NCBI GenBank assembly: GCA_963934015.1
Contig: CAWVWT010000003.1
Coordinates: forward strand, 28,354-92,353
Direction: 5' to 3'
Length of the DNA stretch: 64,000 nt
Source of the DNA: an uncultured Candidatus Poseidoniales archaeon
GTDB taxonomy: Archaea; Thermoplasmatota; Poseidoniia; Poseidoniales; Thalassarchaeaceae
The notes beneath the pieces were generated by a model. It worked only from the letters and a program-made list of their open reading frames with translations. It did no database searches and had not been told where the DNA came from. Below, piece after piece: positions 43,353 through 54,325 of the stretch (position 1 is its first letter; each line of letters starts with the position of its first letter). The translations under genes and the position numbers were made by a program.

Positions 43353-43919
43353 ATGATGTCCCTAGATGCGCTAGCTGATGAAATTGCCACTATGGCAAAG
43401 GCGGAAGCCAAGGCAATCACCGATGCTGCCAAGAAGACAGCGAAATCAGTGAAGAAAGAGGCCGAGACGGAAGTTGCAGACATTCGTGATTCACTAATGT
43501 CTCGCGCTGAACGTGAATCTGCACAGCTCTCAACGGAGCTCGTCGCCTCATCTCGACAAAACAACCAGAAGCGTGAACTCATTGCGAAAGCAACTGAGTT
43601 AGATGCCACCTGGGATGCTGTAAAGGCCGAAGTCGGTTCTGCAAAACTTGCGGGCCGAGCGGTCCTCATCAAGACCCTAGTTGTAGAAGCGAAGGATGTA
43701 GGTAAAGGCATGAGAATGCGACCTGTATCCATTGATCGTAAAGCGTTGGAGATGGAAGCGAAAGGATTCGATTTTGGAGATGATGTCGATGGGCTTGGTG
43801 GATTTATTTTAGAATCTAAAGATGGCTCAATCGTGCTCGATTACCGTTTTGATAACCGATTGGAGGGTGCTTGGAAAGCAAACCTCGGTTCAGTGAACGA
43901 AGCACTGTTTGGAAACTAA
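43353..43919 (+). CDS. atpE: A-type ATP synthase subunit E
   Basis: About 188 aa with an N-terminal charged coiled coil and a C-terminal globular part. Assigned partly by operon position. Confidence 0.8.
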   Translation: MMSLDALADEIATMAKAEAKAITDAAKKTAKSVKKEAETEVADIRDSLMSRAERESAQLSTELVASSRQNNQKRELIAKATELDATWDAVKAEVGSAKLAGRAVLIKTLVVEAKDVGKGMRMRPVSIDRKALEMEAKGFDFGDDVDGLGGFILESKDGSIVLDYRFDNRLEGAWKANLGSVNEALFGN

Positions 43920-43942
43920 ATTCAAGAAAAGGAAGTGAATGA

Positions 43943-44989
43943 ATGGCAAGAATCGGAAATGGCCGTAGCAATATGGCTAATGCTTCTGCACGCGCGAAGG
44001 CGCGTAAGGCAGGGCTCATCGATTCAACCCGTATGCGTCAGTTGCTCCAACAGGGCCCTGATACAATTGGAACTAGCATTGCTGAGTTTGGCTACCGTGC
44101 AGAGATTGATCTCTACGCTAGCAGACTTTCCGGCGCAGATTTGATTGAAGCCGCTTTGAACCATAACTTGGATTCTGATTTTGATTCAGTTCTACGGTTC
44201 TGTCAAGGTCGTCTCAAATCCATGGTTGCAGTTTATGTCGAGAGGTATTCGTTTCAAAATGCGAAAACCGTTCTTCGTGCAATCCACAGCGGCGCCAGTG
44301 CCGAAATGGTTGCTGATCAAGTACTCCCTGAAGAGAATTCAAACAACAGTTATTGGGTCGATATTATTAGAAATTGTAACACTTTGGGTGATGCAATGAA
44401 TGCAATGTCTGGAACATCATGGGGGCTTGCTCTGTCCAAATTAGATGTAGATTCAAATCTCCAACAAATGGAAGATGCATTGGATTCAGCATACTACAGT
44501 GAAGCGATTTCATCGTTTCGTGGCCCAGATGGCCATCCATTATTAGAACGGTACATTCGAATTGAAATTGACCACCGAAATATCATCAACCAATTTCGTG
44601 GCCTTCGACAAGGAATTGTCGGTGAAAACCGCGATGCCCTCATGCTTAATGGTGGTAAAATCAACAAAGCAGCTTTGAAGGCTGCATCACAAGCCGAATC
44701 GAATGAGGCACTCTTGGAAATCCTCCGCCGAGCGCAATCATTCAATGATACTGGATTTGAAGAGGCGATTCAAGCCTCATCGATTAGCCTCGACCCAGTG
44801 GTTACGTTGTTGCAAGAACAACGTCGAACCATGATGCGTCGATTTTCTCACCTTAATCCATTATCGGCTTTTCCAATTATATATTACATCGAGAGTAAGG
44901 TGCTCGAAGTACAAAATATCCGCTTGCTCGTGCGTGGCAAGGCGGCAGGCCTCCCTGATGAGGTCATCGAAGCGCACATGAATTTGTGA
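43943..44989 (+). CDS. atpC: A-type ATP synthase subunit C
   Basis: 348-aa helical protein at the C position of the operon, ending in IRLLVRGKAAGLPDEVIEAHM, typical of the subunit C/d family. Confidence 0.8.
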   Translation: MARIGNGRSNMANASARAKARKAGLIDSTRMRQLLQQGPDTIGTSIAEFGYRAEIDLYASRLSGADLIEAALNHNLDSDFDSVLRFCQGRLKSMVAVYVERYSFQNAKTVLRAIHSGASAEMVADQVLPEENSNNSYWVDIIRNCNTLGDAMNAMSGTSWGLALSKLDVDSNLQQMEDALDSAYYSEAISSFRGPDGHPLLERYIRIEIDHRNIINQFRGLRQGIVGENRDALMLNGGKINKAALKAASQAESNEALLEILRRAQSFNDTGFEEAIQASSISLDPVVTLLQEQRRTMMRRFSHLNPLSAFPIIYYIESKVLEVQNIRLLVRGKAAGLPDEVIEAHMNL

Positions 44990-44998
44990 GGTGAAAAA

Positions 44999-45298
44999 AT
45001 GGAAATCGCTGTTGTCGGTACACCTGAATTCACACTTGGATTCCAATTAGCAGGTGTTAGTCGCCTGCACAATCCGAATGGCGATGAAGAACTTGCATCT
45101 ACAATGCGAGAACTTCTCAGTCAGAAGGACGTTGGCATTGTCGTGATTGACAGTGTAGATCTAACTCGCTTGTCTGACAGATTGCGTTCGCAGATTGCAG
45201 ACAGCATTACGCCCACAATATTGGGCATTGGTACAGAGGAGGACAACACCCTCCGCGAGTCCATCAAGTCGGCGCTTGGCGTCGATCTATGGAAGTAA
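44999..45298 (+). CDS. atpF: A-type ATP synthase subunit F
   Basis: 99 aa, starting MEIAVVGTPEFTLGFQLAGV. A GAGGTGA Shine-Dalgarno motif is present. Confidence 0.85.
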   Translation: MEIAVVGTPEFTLGFQLAGVSRLHNPNGDEELASTMRELLSQKDVGIVVIDSVDLTRLSDRLRSQIADSITPTILGIGTEEDNTLRESIKSALGVDLWK

Positions 45299-45326
45299 TT
45301 TTTAAAAAAAAAGGAAGTGACAAAAA

Positions 45327-47066
45327 ATGAGTGATGAAAATGGAGTGATTTACCGCATATCTGGCCCTGTAGTGACGGCTACAGGCATCCGTTCACGGAT
45401 GTATGAAGTTGTGCGAGTAGGGCATGAAGGATTGATGGGTGAAGTGATCGAACTGCATGGTGACAAATCTGTAATTCAAGTGTATGAAGATACGTCCGGG
45501 ATTCGCCCGGGCGAGCCGGTGGTACGCACCGGTCAGACGCTATCGGTTCAGCTCGGACCTGGCCTGCTTACGCAGATTTACGATGGAATCCAACGCCCCC
45601 TTCCAATCCTTGCTGATACGATGGGGACTTTCATCGAGCGTGGTGTTGACGCTGATGGATTGGATCAAGAAAAATTGTGGAACTTTGAAGCGACTGTTTC
45701 GGTCGGAGACGAAGTCAGCGCAGGAACAACCCTTGGAACTGTTCAGGAAACTGAGACTATTGTTCACAAGGTTATGGTCCCGCCTGGTGATGGTGGCAAA
45801 GTCACCAGCATTGAATCAGGTGAGTTCAACGTCACCCACATCGTTTGCACTCTCGACAGTGGTTCTGAGATTGCAATGATGCAAAAGTGGCCAGTTCGAA
45901 CACCCCGTCCATATACCCAGAAATATGCGCCAGAAACACCACTTGTCACCGGTATGCGCATTCTAGATTTCCTCTTCCCGCTTGCAAAGGGCGGTGCGGC
46001 TGGAATTCCAGGTCCATTCGGCTCTGGTAAGACCGTTACACAACAATCGCTAGCCAAGTATTCTGATGCTCAAATCGTGGTTTATATTGGATGTGGTGAG
46101 CGTGGAAATGAAATGACAGAAGTGTTGGATGAATTCCCTCACCTCATCGATCCAAACACGGGTAAGCCGTTGATGAATCGTACTGTGATGATTGCCAACA
46201 CCTCAAATATGCCTGTGGCTGCACGTGAAGCATCTGTGTATACAGGTATCACCATCGCGGAATACTTCCGTGACATGGGATACGATGTTGCTCTAATGGC
46301 TGATTCAACCAGTCGTTGGGCTGAAGCAATGCGTGAAATTTCCAGTCGCCTTGAAGAAATGCCTGGTGAGGAAGGATACCCTGCCTACTTGTCCAGTCGT
46401 CTCGCCGAATTCTATGAGCGAGCAGGTCGTGTAGAGACTCTCGAAGGCGAAGACGGTTCTGTAACTGTGATCGGCGCTGTGTCCCCTCCTGGTGGCGATA
46501 TTTCCGAGCCAGTTAGCCAAGGTACACTACGTATCGTCAAGGTGTTTTGGGGGCTAGACGCACCACTTGCACGCCAACGCCATTTCCCTGCGATTAATTG
46601 GTTGAATTCGTATTCACTGTATCCGCAGAGTTTAGATCCGTGGTTCCGTGACAATGTTGCACCAGATTTCCCCGAAGTTCGCGTTGAAATGAGTAGCCTT
46701 CTGCAGGTTGAAGCCGAGTTGCAAGAGATTGTGCAACTGGTTGGTTCCGATGCTCTACCAGTGGATCAACAACTAACGCTTGAAGTGGCACGGATGATTC
46801 GTGAATATTTCTTGCAGCAGAATGCGTTCGACGATATTGACGCTTATTCGGGCCTCGAGCAACAATATCGAATGGCAAAAGCGATTCTAACCTTCCAAGA
46901 TTCTGCGAAGAAAGCCCTAGCGGCCGGTGCACAACTCGAAGATGTGGTCAACGTCCAGGGTCGAACAGACTTGATGCGTGCTCGCTTTGAGGAAGGCTAT
47001 CTCGACCGAATCGATGGATTGATTGAAGAAATGACAAAGCAGATTGCATCTGCAGTGGAGGAGTGA
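45327..47066 (+). CDS. atpA: A-type ATP synthase catalytic subunit A
   Basis: 579 aa. Walker [28 protein letters not shown], and the non-homologous region typical of A subunits. The length shows there is no intein. Confidence 0.95.
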   Translation: MSDENGVIYRISGPVVTATGIRSRMYEVVRVGHEGLMGEVIELHGDKSVIQVYEDTSGIRPGEPVVRTGQTLSVQLGPGLLTQIYDGIQRPLPILADTMGTFIERGVDADGLDQEKLWNFEATVSVGDEVSAGTTLGTVQETETIVHKVMVPPGDGGKVTSIESGEFNVTHIVCTLDSGSEIAMMQKWPVRTPRPYTQKYAPETPLVTGMRILDFLFPLAKGGAAGIPGPFGSGKTVTQQSLAKYSDAQIVVYIGCGERGNEMTEVLDEFPHLIDPNTGKPLMNRTVMIANTSNMPVAAREASVYTGITIAEYFRDMGYDVALMADSTSRWAEAMREISSRLEEMPGEEGYPAYLSSRLAEFYERAGRVETLEGEDGSVTVIGAVSPPGGDISEPVSQGTLRIVKVFWGLDAPLARQRHFPAINWLNSYSLYPQSLDPWFRDNVAPDFPEVRVEMSSLLQVEAELQEIVQLVGSDALPVDQQLTLEVARMIREYFLQQNAFDDIDAYSGLEQQYRMAKAILTFQDSAKKALAAGAQLEDVVNVQGRTDLMRARFEEGYLDRIDGLIEEMTKQIASAVEE

Positions 47067-47071
47067 TTTAG

Positions 47072-48451
47072 ATGAGTGGAAAAGAATACAGAACAATCAC
47101 GGATGTTAAGGGACCTCTGGTTTTCCTTAACAAGACAGAACCAGTTGCTTTTGGTGAAATTGTGGAATTGCGCATGACTGATGGTACCATGAAGAATGGA
47201 CAGGTACTCGATACCAGTGACGACATGGTAGTTGTCCAGGTTTTCGAGGGTACGGCAGGTGTGGACCTTGGCACAGGTGTCAAGTTCATGGGTGACGTGT
47301 TCAAACTCCCAGTGAGTAAGGACCTAATTGGAAGAATTCTCGATGGTGCAGGTCGTCCTCGTGATGGCGGTCCAGATATTGTTGCTGAAGCTACTGCAGA
47401 CATCATCGGTGCTGCAATCAACCCTTACAGCCGTCAGTCGCCTCACGATTTTATTCAGACCGGAATCAGTGCGATTGATTGCTGCACAACACTTGTTCGC
47501 GGACAGAAGCTTCCCATTTTCAGTGCTTCTGGATTACCTCACAATGATATCGCACTGCAGATCGCGCGTCAAGCCAAATTGACTGGTTCCGACGAAGAGT
47601 TCATTGTAGTTTTCTGTGCCATGGGAATCACAGCTGAAGAATACAACTTCTTCAGAAGTGACCTAGAGCGAACCGGTGCATTGGAGAACGCTGTACTGTT
47701 CGTAAATTTGGCCGACGACCCTGCTGTCGAGCGCCTGATTACACCGCGCCTTGCATTGACTGCTGCAGAGTATCTCGCATTCGAGCAAGATTACCACGTT
47801 CTCGTTGTTTACACAGATGTCACCAATTATTGTGACGCACTGCGTCAAGTCGGTGCAGCCCGTGAAGAAGTACCCGGTCGTCGTGGCTATCCAGGCTACA
47901 TGTACACTGACTTGGCTATGCTATACGAGCGCGCAGGACTGGTGAAGGGGAAGAAGGGAAGCATCACCCAGTTCCCCATCCTAACCATGCCTGGCGATGA
48001 TATTACGCACCCAATTCCAGATTTGTCTGGATACATTACAGAAGGTCAAATTGTGATTTCGCGTGAGTTGCATGGTTCCGGTATTTATCCACCGATTAAC
48101 GTACTACCGAGTTTGTCACGATTGATGGGTGGTACCATTGGTGAAAAGACAACTCGTGAGGATCACAAATCAGTGTCCGACCAAATGTATGCAGGTTACG
48201 CCCAAGGGCGTGAATTACGTGGTTTGGTTGCCATTGTCGGTGAAGACGCGTTGAACGAACGTGACAAGCAATTATTGAACTTCTCAGCTCTATTTGAGGA
48301 TAAGTTCCTACGACAGAGTCGTGACGAAGACCGTTCGATTGACGAAACACTGGATTTGTGCTGGGATTTAATGCAGAACATCTCAACCAAGTATCTAGTC
48401 CGTCTTGATCAAAAGTGGATTGACAAATATCATCCAACAGAAAAGAAATGA
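47072..48451 (+). CDS. atpB: A-type ATP synthase subunit B
   Basis: 459 aa. Motifs: [30 protein letters not shown] and [20 protein letters not shown]. Confidence 0.95.
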   Translation: MSGKEYRTITDVKGPLVFLNKTEPVAFGEIVELRMTDGTMKNGQVLDTSDDMVVVQVFEGTAGVDLGTGVKFMGDVFKLPVSKDLIGRILDGAGRPRDGGPDIVAEATADIIGAAINPYSRQSPHDFIQTGISAIDCCTTLVRGQKLPIFSASGLPHNDIALQIARQAKLTGSDEEFIVVFCAMGITAEEYNFFRSDLERTGALENAVLFVNLADDPAVERLITPRLALTAAEYLAFEQDYHVLVVYTDVTNYCDALRQVGAAREEVPGRRGYPGYMYTDLAMLYERAGLVKGKKGSITQFPILTMPGDDITHPIPDLSGYITEGQIVISRELHGSGIYPPINVLPSLSRLMGGTIGEKTTREDHKSVSDQMYAGYAQGRELRGLVAIVGEDALNERDKQLLNFSALFEDKFLRQSRDEDRSIDETLDLCWDLMQNISTKYLVRLDQKWIDKYHPTEKK

Positions 48452-48486
48452 GTATTCAGACTAGTTGATTGAAGGAGGTTGAAAAA

Positions 48487-49104
48487 ATGGCGTTGGATAT
48501 CAAACCCACACGTTCTGAACTCATCAATCTAAAGCGACGAATTAAGCAGACTCAGAATGGTTACAATCTTCTGAAACTCAAGCGCGATGGTTTATTCCAT
48601 GAATTCCGCATGCTGCTCTCAGAAATGATAGAGGCTCGTGAGGGCCTTGTTAACACCTACAGGGAAGCGGTTCGAGGAATCAGTTTGGCTGGCGCGATTG
48701 AAGGTGGACTTGCCGTCAAGAGCGCTGCGATTGCGATATCAAACCATCCTGAAGTCGAAGTCAAACCTCGAAATATTATGGGCGTCGTGGTTCCAAGTGT
48801 TGAGGGGACCAATCTAACCAGCACCATTCTTGACCGTGGTATGGGTCTTATCGGCGGCTCGGCATACATTGATGAAGCAGCGGATGGGTATTCCAAACTC
48901 ATCGGGAAAATTGTCATCGCTGCAGAGATGGAAGCAACACTCAAGCGCCTACTTGTTGAAATTGAAGCGACCAAGCGTCGTGTCAACGCGCTCGAATTCA
49001 AGGTCATTCCAGAAATGAAAGAAGCACAATCCTTCATCCAACTTCGTCTTGAAGAAATGGAGCGTGAAGAAACATTCCGTCTCAAACGATTCAAGAACAA
49101 ATAA
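48487..49104 (+). CDS. atpD: A-type ATP synthase subunit D (central stalk)
   Basis: MALDIKPTRSELINLKRRIKQTQNGYNLLKLKRD is the subunit D signature. A GGAGGT Shine-Dalgarno motif precedes the ATG at 48487. The track start is a TTG at 48469. Confidence 0.9.
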   Translation: MALDIKPTRSELINLKRRIKQTQNGYNLLKLKRDGLFHEFRMLLSEMIEAREGLVNTYREAVRGISLAGAIEGGLAVKSAAIAISNHPEVEVKPRNIMGVVVPSVEGTNLTSTILDRGMGLIGGSAYIDEAADGYSKLIGKIVIAAEMEATLKRLLVEIEATKRRVNALEFKVIPEMKEAQSFIQLRLEEMEREETFRLKRFKNK

Positions 49105-49192
49105 GTTGGAAATGTGGTTCTGCTAGTCACTTTTGTGAAGCGTGGGTCATATATCGGTTGATGGGTCGCGAGTCCTACTAGAGGTGGGGTCA

Positions 49193-51676
49193 ATGGGCGA
49201 GCCGGACACGATTGAACCTCTTCGTATCGATGCTGAACTATGGTCGCATCGGGCTCTTCTAGAGCGTATCGTTGGTCGTTGGTTCAACATCATCGAAGAA
49301 ATGCCAGACGTTGAAATTGGTTGGCAGGTCAATCTTGTTGCCAACCAAGACAATGTAGACGGTGCCTTGAGTGCTTTGAACGAGCACTTACGTGACCTTT
49401 CTTGGCTTGCGGTCCTCCAAGAGGGAAGTCCGTATGATCTCGTGATATTACCCGAACCACCTCAAGGTGAAGGACTCTCAAATGGCCAGATATCTGCAGT
49501 ATGGGCGGTCTTCACGCTTTTCTTGGCGCTTGCTGGAACTGCATGGTTGCAATTACAGGATCCGAATCTAAAATTGACAGATTCTAATTTAATGATTGAA
49601 GCATTTTGTTGGTTTGCTTTACCAATTGTACTTGTAATGTTTGTCAGCAGTGAGTTGCGCCGACGAATTGCACTCCGAAGTGGTGTGAGTTTAGGGCACC
49701 ATATTCCTCTTGCAGTGCCATTTTTGATGACGCCTGCCGTACCAATTTGGCCATTTGGAATCATTGGATTTACCAGCCAAAGACGAATGGATTTGATTGC
49801 TTTCCGCGATCGGAAATCTCTTGCATTCGTTTCATTAATCGCCCCGCTGACAATGATTTGTTCAGGAACAGCTCTAACAATCCTTGGATATTGGTTGACT
49901 TCAAACATATCACCCCAGTTTGAAACAGCCCCCCCGCTTGTTGAACCATCGATATTGTCTGAATTAGTGCTGAGTTTGCTCCTGACTTCTGAAGAGGTCG
50001 GCCTCCGTTCTGTATGGTTACACCCACTCGGTCTTGCAGGGCTTGCCCTCGGTACAATGGGCTGGATTTTGCTGCTTCCTTTGCCAGGGTTCCCTGGTGA
50101 TCGTCTCCTTTCAGCATTACTTGAACCGGGTGAAATGGAAGGGGGAACCACACAGACTTGGCTTTTCGTGGGTGTTTTAGCTACTGGAATTTACGTGATT
50201 TTAAACGGGGGATTTTGGCCATGGTTGGTTTTAGTCGGTATCGGTACTTGGCGACGATTTAGCCCGGAAACAAGTACCCCTCCCTTTGTATTGAATGAGT
50301 CAATCGGGTTTGATAAAAGTACAAAAAATCGTATTGGAATAACCATGGTCGCTATGCTATTACTCGGGTTCCCAGGCCTGATGCCCGTTGGTGAATTACA
50401 AGATTGGGATGCTGGTCTTGACACCTCGAACTGGCCAACGGAGATATCTTTCGCACCGGGTGGGGTTGGGGCGGTGGAGTTTCCGCTCAAGACTCAGGGT
50501 GTGATGTCTATCAATGTAGAATTCCAAGTCTCATTCACTGGTTTGGAGGTTATGAGTGAATGGAGGGGTTGTGACCAATCTGGTCCCGATAATATTGGCA
50601 ACTGTGCCTTCGAAGGTATAGGGCCATCTTTAGGCCAAATCTATGAGATTGAATATGAAGCACATACCCTGATGTTGGCTTCATCGCCATTCATCATGAC
50701 ACTTCATTGGGATGAAAATCTTGAGTCTCGTAGCCATTCAGTCTTATTCTCACCTTCGACTAGACCAGCAGTAGCGGCACCACAGTGGGCATGGGATGGT
50801 GACAGAGATGAACCACAATATTGCACTGAAATTCTACTCGATGAAATACAAGCGGGAAATCTGACAATTGAGTCCCCTCTATTCTCTTTCGATGGCGATG
50901 AGGTCTTACCTTTGGCCACCGGCACCAATGATACCGTTTGTATCGATGGGGTCTTCGGCTCGGGGCGTACAGTCAATGGATTACATGGTGGATTGACCAG
51001 AATGATTGCACCAAATCTCGTTGCAACGATGGACGATGGCACGATTATCAAGTGGCGCCTCGATATTGAAAATCAATATCCATTGTTGTTTGAAGGTTCA
51101 TACCCAGCCTCTTCGACCTTCCCCCTAGCATCCTATCTTGTACACCAAGATGCGGGCGATGATCCACATTGTCCATTCGATATGAACCAAAGTCTTGCGA
51201 ATGCGAACTGGCAAGATACCGATGATAATGGCACTTGGGTTTGGAACCTTTCTCAGATTCCCCAAGGGGCATATGATCCTGATGCTGTTCATTCAATGAA
51301 TGGTACATTGATTTTCCCCGGTGAGGGGACACTTCTACAGTGCATCAATGGTCAGACAATGCAAGTAATGGAACTCCACCCTGGGCCGACACCACTTGGT
51401 GTATGGCATGGCCGGGATATCGACTCATCTTGGCCCATCCAGAATCATGGTGATGAGCCGGTGGGCATTGAGGTTCAACGTGCGACCTTCGGTGTGCAGA
51501 CGAATTTGAATCTAAGTTCATTCATTCTACAACCCGGGGAGGTATGGCAGACTGGGATCAACATTTTTGGTGAGAATAATACAATTCAGAACATCTTGTG
51601 GTTTGAACCTTCAACCGATTATTGGATATTACACGCAGTTACCCATTGCATCGCCCCCGATGGATGTGATGGGTGA
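49193..51676 (+). CDS. Site-2-protease (peptidase M50)-like polytopic membrane protein lacking the HExxH histidines, with about 450-aa extracytoplasmic C-terminal domain
   Basis: The M50B-like layout is present, but the metal motif reads SELRR (nt 49649-49663) where HExxH is expected. The second motif is LLPLPGFPGDRLL where M50 proteases have LLP..PLDGG. A GAGGTG Shine-Dalgarno motif lies 6 nt before the ATG at 49193. The track start is a GTG at 49142. Confidence 0.6.
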   Translation: MGEPDTIEPLRIDAELWSHRALLERIVGRWFNIIEEMPDVEIGWQVNLVANQDNVDGALSALNEHLRDLSWLAVLQEGSPYDLVILPEPPQGEGLSNGQISAVWAVFTLFLALAGTAWLQLQDPNLKLTDSNLMIEAFCWFALPIVLVMFVSSELRRRIALRSGVSLGHHIPLAVPFLMTPAVPIWPFGIIGFTSQRRMDLIAFRDRKSLAFVSLIAPLTMICSGTALTILGYWLTSNISPQFETAPPLVEPSILSELVLSLLLTSEEVGLRSVWLHPLGLAGLALGTMGWILLLPLPGFPGDRLLSALLEPGEMEGGTTQTWLFVGVLATGIYVILNGGFWPWLVLVGIGTWRRFSPETSTPPFVLNESIGFDKSTKNRIGITMVAMLLLGFPGLMPVGELQDWDAGLDTSNWPTEISFAPGGVGAVEFPLKTQGVMSINVEFQVSFTGLEVMSEWRGCDQSGPDNIGNCAFEGIGPSLGQIYEIEYEAHTLMLASSPFIMTLHWDENLESRSHSVLFSPSTRPAVAAPQWAWDGDRDEPQYCTEILLDEIQAGNLTIESPLFSFDGDEVLPLATGTNDTVCIDGVFGSGRTVNGLHGGLTRMIAPNLVATMDDGTIIKWRLDIENQYPLLFEGSYPASSTFPLASYLVHQDAGDDPHCPFDMNQSLANANWQDTDDNGTWVWNLSQIPQGAYDPDAVHSMNGTLIFPGEGTLLQCINGQTMQVMELHPGPTPLGVWHGRDIDSSWPIQNHGDEPVGIEVQRATFGVQTNLNLSSFILQPGEVWQTGINIFGENNTIQNILWFEPSTDYWILHAVTHCIAPDGCDG

Positions 51677-52635
51677 TGCGCGTGGCAGTCCTTGGAGTGG
51701 GGGCAATTGGGGGCTTGGTCGCCTCACGCCTCGCGCGCGCGGGGTGCGAAGTACTGCTATGTGCGCGTGGTGAAACTGCACAAGCTCTCGATGCAGTCGG
51801 CCTTCTCCTTGACACACCAGATGGTCGAACCATTGCTCTTGCACCCGACCGTTGGACAGTTCTAGACACTAATCAACAGGAAATTCCAATCGAATTGCAG
51901 GGGTGGGCTGAATATGCTATTCTCTGCGGGAAAAGTTACGACGTTCCCAATCTATGCAAAATTGCAGATCAGGTATTGTCTCTAAACGGACTTGTGATGT
52001 GCCTTTCCAACGGAATAGGTCACATGGAAAAATTGGCAAATTTTGTGGGCAAGCATAGGGTTCTCGGTGCATCGACCACCCATGGTGCAATTCGAATTGG
52101 CCCAGGTGAAATTCACTGGACCAGCCGAGGGGAAATCAAGCTAGGCGGATTCATCGGCAGCGATCTTGAACCAGTTGAACCAAGGGTCGACAGTCTGATG
52201 TCAGCCTTGGATGAAGCTGGTTTGAATCCACTTTGGTCAGAAGATATCAACAAAACAATCTGGATCAAATTATTGCTAAATGTCGCCATCAATCCCGTTT
52301 GTGCCATCGCAGGGATATTGAACGGAGAGATGCTTCTTCACCCTGAATTGTTTGAAACAGGCCTGGCTGCGATGGAGGAGGCTGCTCGTATCGCAACCGC
52401 CGAAGGGGTTGACATGACTGATTTCGACCTTGCCCTGTCGCTTGAGGATCTTTGTCGTGCCACTGCCGACAACCGTGTGAGTATGTTACAGGACATTATG
52501 GCAGCCCGGGAAACGGAAATAGATTCAATTTGCGGGGAGGTTGTCAAGCGAGGTGAAGCCTTGGGTATCCCTACACCACGAAATCAAACGCTCCACGCTC
52601 TTGTCAAAGGAATTGAGCAGAGTACGAGAACTTAA
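51676..52635 (+). CDS. panE: 2-dehydropantoate 2-reductase (ketopantoate reductase, PanE/ApbA family)
   Basis: MRVAVLGVGAIGGLVASRLARAG (Rossmann fold), the KLLLNVAINP motif, SMLQD and EID. The ATG overlaps the upstream stop (GTGATG). Confidence 0.8.
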   Translation: MRVAVLGVGAIGGLVASRLARAGCEVLLCARGETAQALDAVGLLLDTPDGRTIALAPDRWTVLDTNQQEIPIELQGWAEYAILCGKSYDVPNLCKIADQVLSLNGLVMCLSNGIGHMEKLANFVGKHRVLGASTTHGAIRIGPGEIHWTSRGEIKLGGFIGSDLEPVEPRVDSLMSALDEAGLNPLWSEDINKTIWIKLLLNVAINPVCAIAGILNGEMLLHPELFETGLAAMEEAARIATAEGVDMTDFDLALSLEDLCRATADNRVSMLQDIMAARETEIDSICGEVVKRGEALGIPTPRNQTLHALVKGIEQSTRT

Positions 52636-54236
52636 TTGCAATCTAGATTGTGGTGTAGGCCCACATTTACTCTACGGTTTATCGCAGCACTTGTAACCAA
52701 CCTCGAAACATGAATCATATTTCGTAATTCGACAACCTCCCTCGTGGGGAGACTCCCTCTCCAGATTCTGTCGACTTCCTCTCGAAGGAATTCCAACCGA
52801 CGTTGAGCCCGTTGCAACCTTACATTTCGTTTGACCAAACCGACATCATCTGTCATAGTTGATTGAAGTGCGATTCTATCACTTCTTAGTGGTGAATGTT
52901 CAATCAGGGTAGACAACCCCTCTGCACGCCATTCAGGAAGGTCGATTTGGCTGCCACCTTTAGTGACATTTTTGATTACATGCTCGGCGCACCGGTGGGA
53001 GAATACAACCGCTTCCAATAGGCTGTTTGATGCCAGCCTGTTTGCCCCATGCAGACCTGTACAAGCCACCTCTCCAATTGCATATAGACCAGTGTACTGT
53101 ATTTGATTTGAAGAAGTAGAATTTTGCATGGCTAATCCATTCTCATCGACAGAAATACCGCCTACCATGTAATGGGCAGCAGGCGCTACAGGTAGTGCAT
53201 CGATGCCGAGTTCCAAGCCATTTTTTTCTAAACGAGATTGAATAGTTGGAAACCGGTCCTGAATTTCTTTCTTGTCAAGGTGCGATGTTATCAACCAGAC
53301 ACAGTTTTCACCGGTTCGTTTCATTTCTTGATCCGCAGCACGAGCAACGATGTCACGGGTTGCCAAGGACCCCCGTGGATCGTGCTCGAGCATGAAAGAG
53401 TGTTGTGCAGGGTCACCGCCTTCAACTTTCCATTTCACAATATCCTCGGATGTCATTATTACGGCACCATGGCCGCGTAGGGCCTCGGTAATCAGAAAGG
53501 GTCTTTCGTCGGAAAGGGCGAGTGCAGTTGGGTGAAACTGAACAAATTCTAGGTCCCTGACACTGGCTCCAGCCCTGTGTGCCATAGCAATACCGTCACC
53601 GGTTGCAACGGGTGGATTTGTGGTCTGTCGGTAAATATGGCCTGCACCCCCCGTTGCGATGATGATTGCTTGAGCAGGGATGGTTCGCACAACACCCTCT
53701 TGCGTGAGGGTCCAAATTCCTGCGATATGTTTGATTTCAGATGATTTTTCCTTGAGTATCAAATCGACGGCCATGTGTGATTCGAGCAGTTCAAGGTTCG
53801 GGGATGCCCTGGCCTCAACAATCAGTGCACGTTCGATTTCAGCACCCGTTGCATCTTTGGAATGAAGAATTCGCCGTGAAGAATGTCCACCTTCAATAGC
53901 CAAATCAAATCCATCCGCATTTGAATCAAATTGGACGCCAGAAGAAATCAAATCGTCAATACGATCGGAGGCTTCCCGAATAACCATTTCAACTATTTCC
54001 GGGTCACTAAGGCCACAACCTGCTTCGATAGTATCCTTGATATGAGCTTTGTAATCTGTATTCGACATCGCTGCTGCGATTCCACCCTGGGCCCAATTTG
54101 TCGAAGAGTCTGAGAGATTTTTCTTGGTCACGACCAATGTGGATAATCCGGCCCTAGCACAACGAGTCGCTACAAACAGGCCGGCAATCCCTGATCCGAC
54201 AACCACAACGTCCGCCATTGTGCCACCCCATTCCAT
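52632..54236 (-). CDS. nadB: L-aspartate oxidase
   Basis: DVVVVGSGIAGL, WAQGGIAA, HPTAL and GLHGANRLASNSLLEAVVF. The start is the ATG at 54236 or the one at 54218. The 3' end overlaps convergent panE by 4 nt. Confidence 0.9.
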   Translation of the reverse strand: MEWGGTMADVVVVGSGIAGLFVATRCARAGLSTLVVTKKNLSDSSTNWAQGGIAAAMSNTDYKAHIKDTIEAGCGLSDPEIVEMVIREASDRIDDLISSGVQFDSNADGFDLAIEGGHSSRRILHSKDATGAEIERALIVEARASPNLELLESHMAVDLILKEKSSEIKHIAGIWTLTQEGVVRTIPAQAIIIATGGAGHIYRQTTNPPVATGDGIAMAHRAGASVRDLEFVQFHPTALALSDERPFLITEALRGHGAVIMTSEDIVKWKVEGGDPAQHSFMLEHDPRGSLATRDIVARAADQEMKRTGENCVWLITSHLDKKEIQDRFPTIQSRLEKNGLELGIDALPVAPAAHYMVGGISVDENGLAMQNSTSSNQIQYTGLYAIGEVACTGLHGANRLASNSLLEAVVFSHRCAEHVIKNVTKGGSQIDLPEWRAEGLSTLIEHSPLRSDRIALQSTMTDDVGLVKRNVRLQRAQRRLEFLREEVDRIWRGSLPTREVVELRNMIHVSRLVTSAAINRRVNVGLHHNLDCN

Positions 54237-54325
54237 TCGGTGGTTGGCATTGTTGCATTCAACGTTACCCTCTCCGGGGGCACCCGTCGATAGTCATAAT
54301 ACTCGTCCGGTATACACTGAAGGTA

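Noticed and set aside
43109-43732. 207-aa minus-strand ORF antisense to atpK/atpE
   Set aside because: It is a shadow ORF of the Ala/Glu/Lys-rich atpE coding sequence. The A-ATPase operon on the plus strand is unambiguous.
42961-45330. Poly-A / purine-rich runs (e.g. AAAAAAAGGAGGAAAAAAAATG at 42975-42998 and AAAAAAAAAGGAAGTGACAAAAAATG before atpA)
   Set aside because: These are interpreted as Shine-Dalgarno-containing intercistronic spacers of the ATPase operon, not as slippery or frameshift sites or repeats. Each sits between a stop codon and the next ATG.
45327-48451. Possible intein or insertion in atpA/atpB
   Set aside because: The lengths (579 and 459 aa) and uninterrupted motif order are those of intein-free A and B subunits.
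48657-49193. 178-aa minus-strand ORF antisense to atpD
   Set aside because: It is a shadow ORF with Ser/Arg/Pro-rich low complexity. atpD on the plus strand has a strong family signature and a Shine-Dalgarno motif.
49462-50151. 229-aa and 127-aa minus-strand ORFs inside the M50-like gene
   Set aside because: They are overlapping shadow frames. The plus-strand frame encodes coherent TM helices and M50-like motifs.
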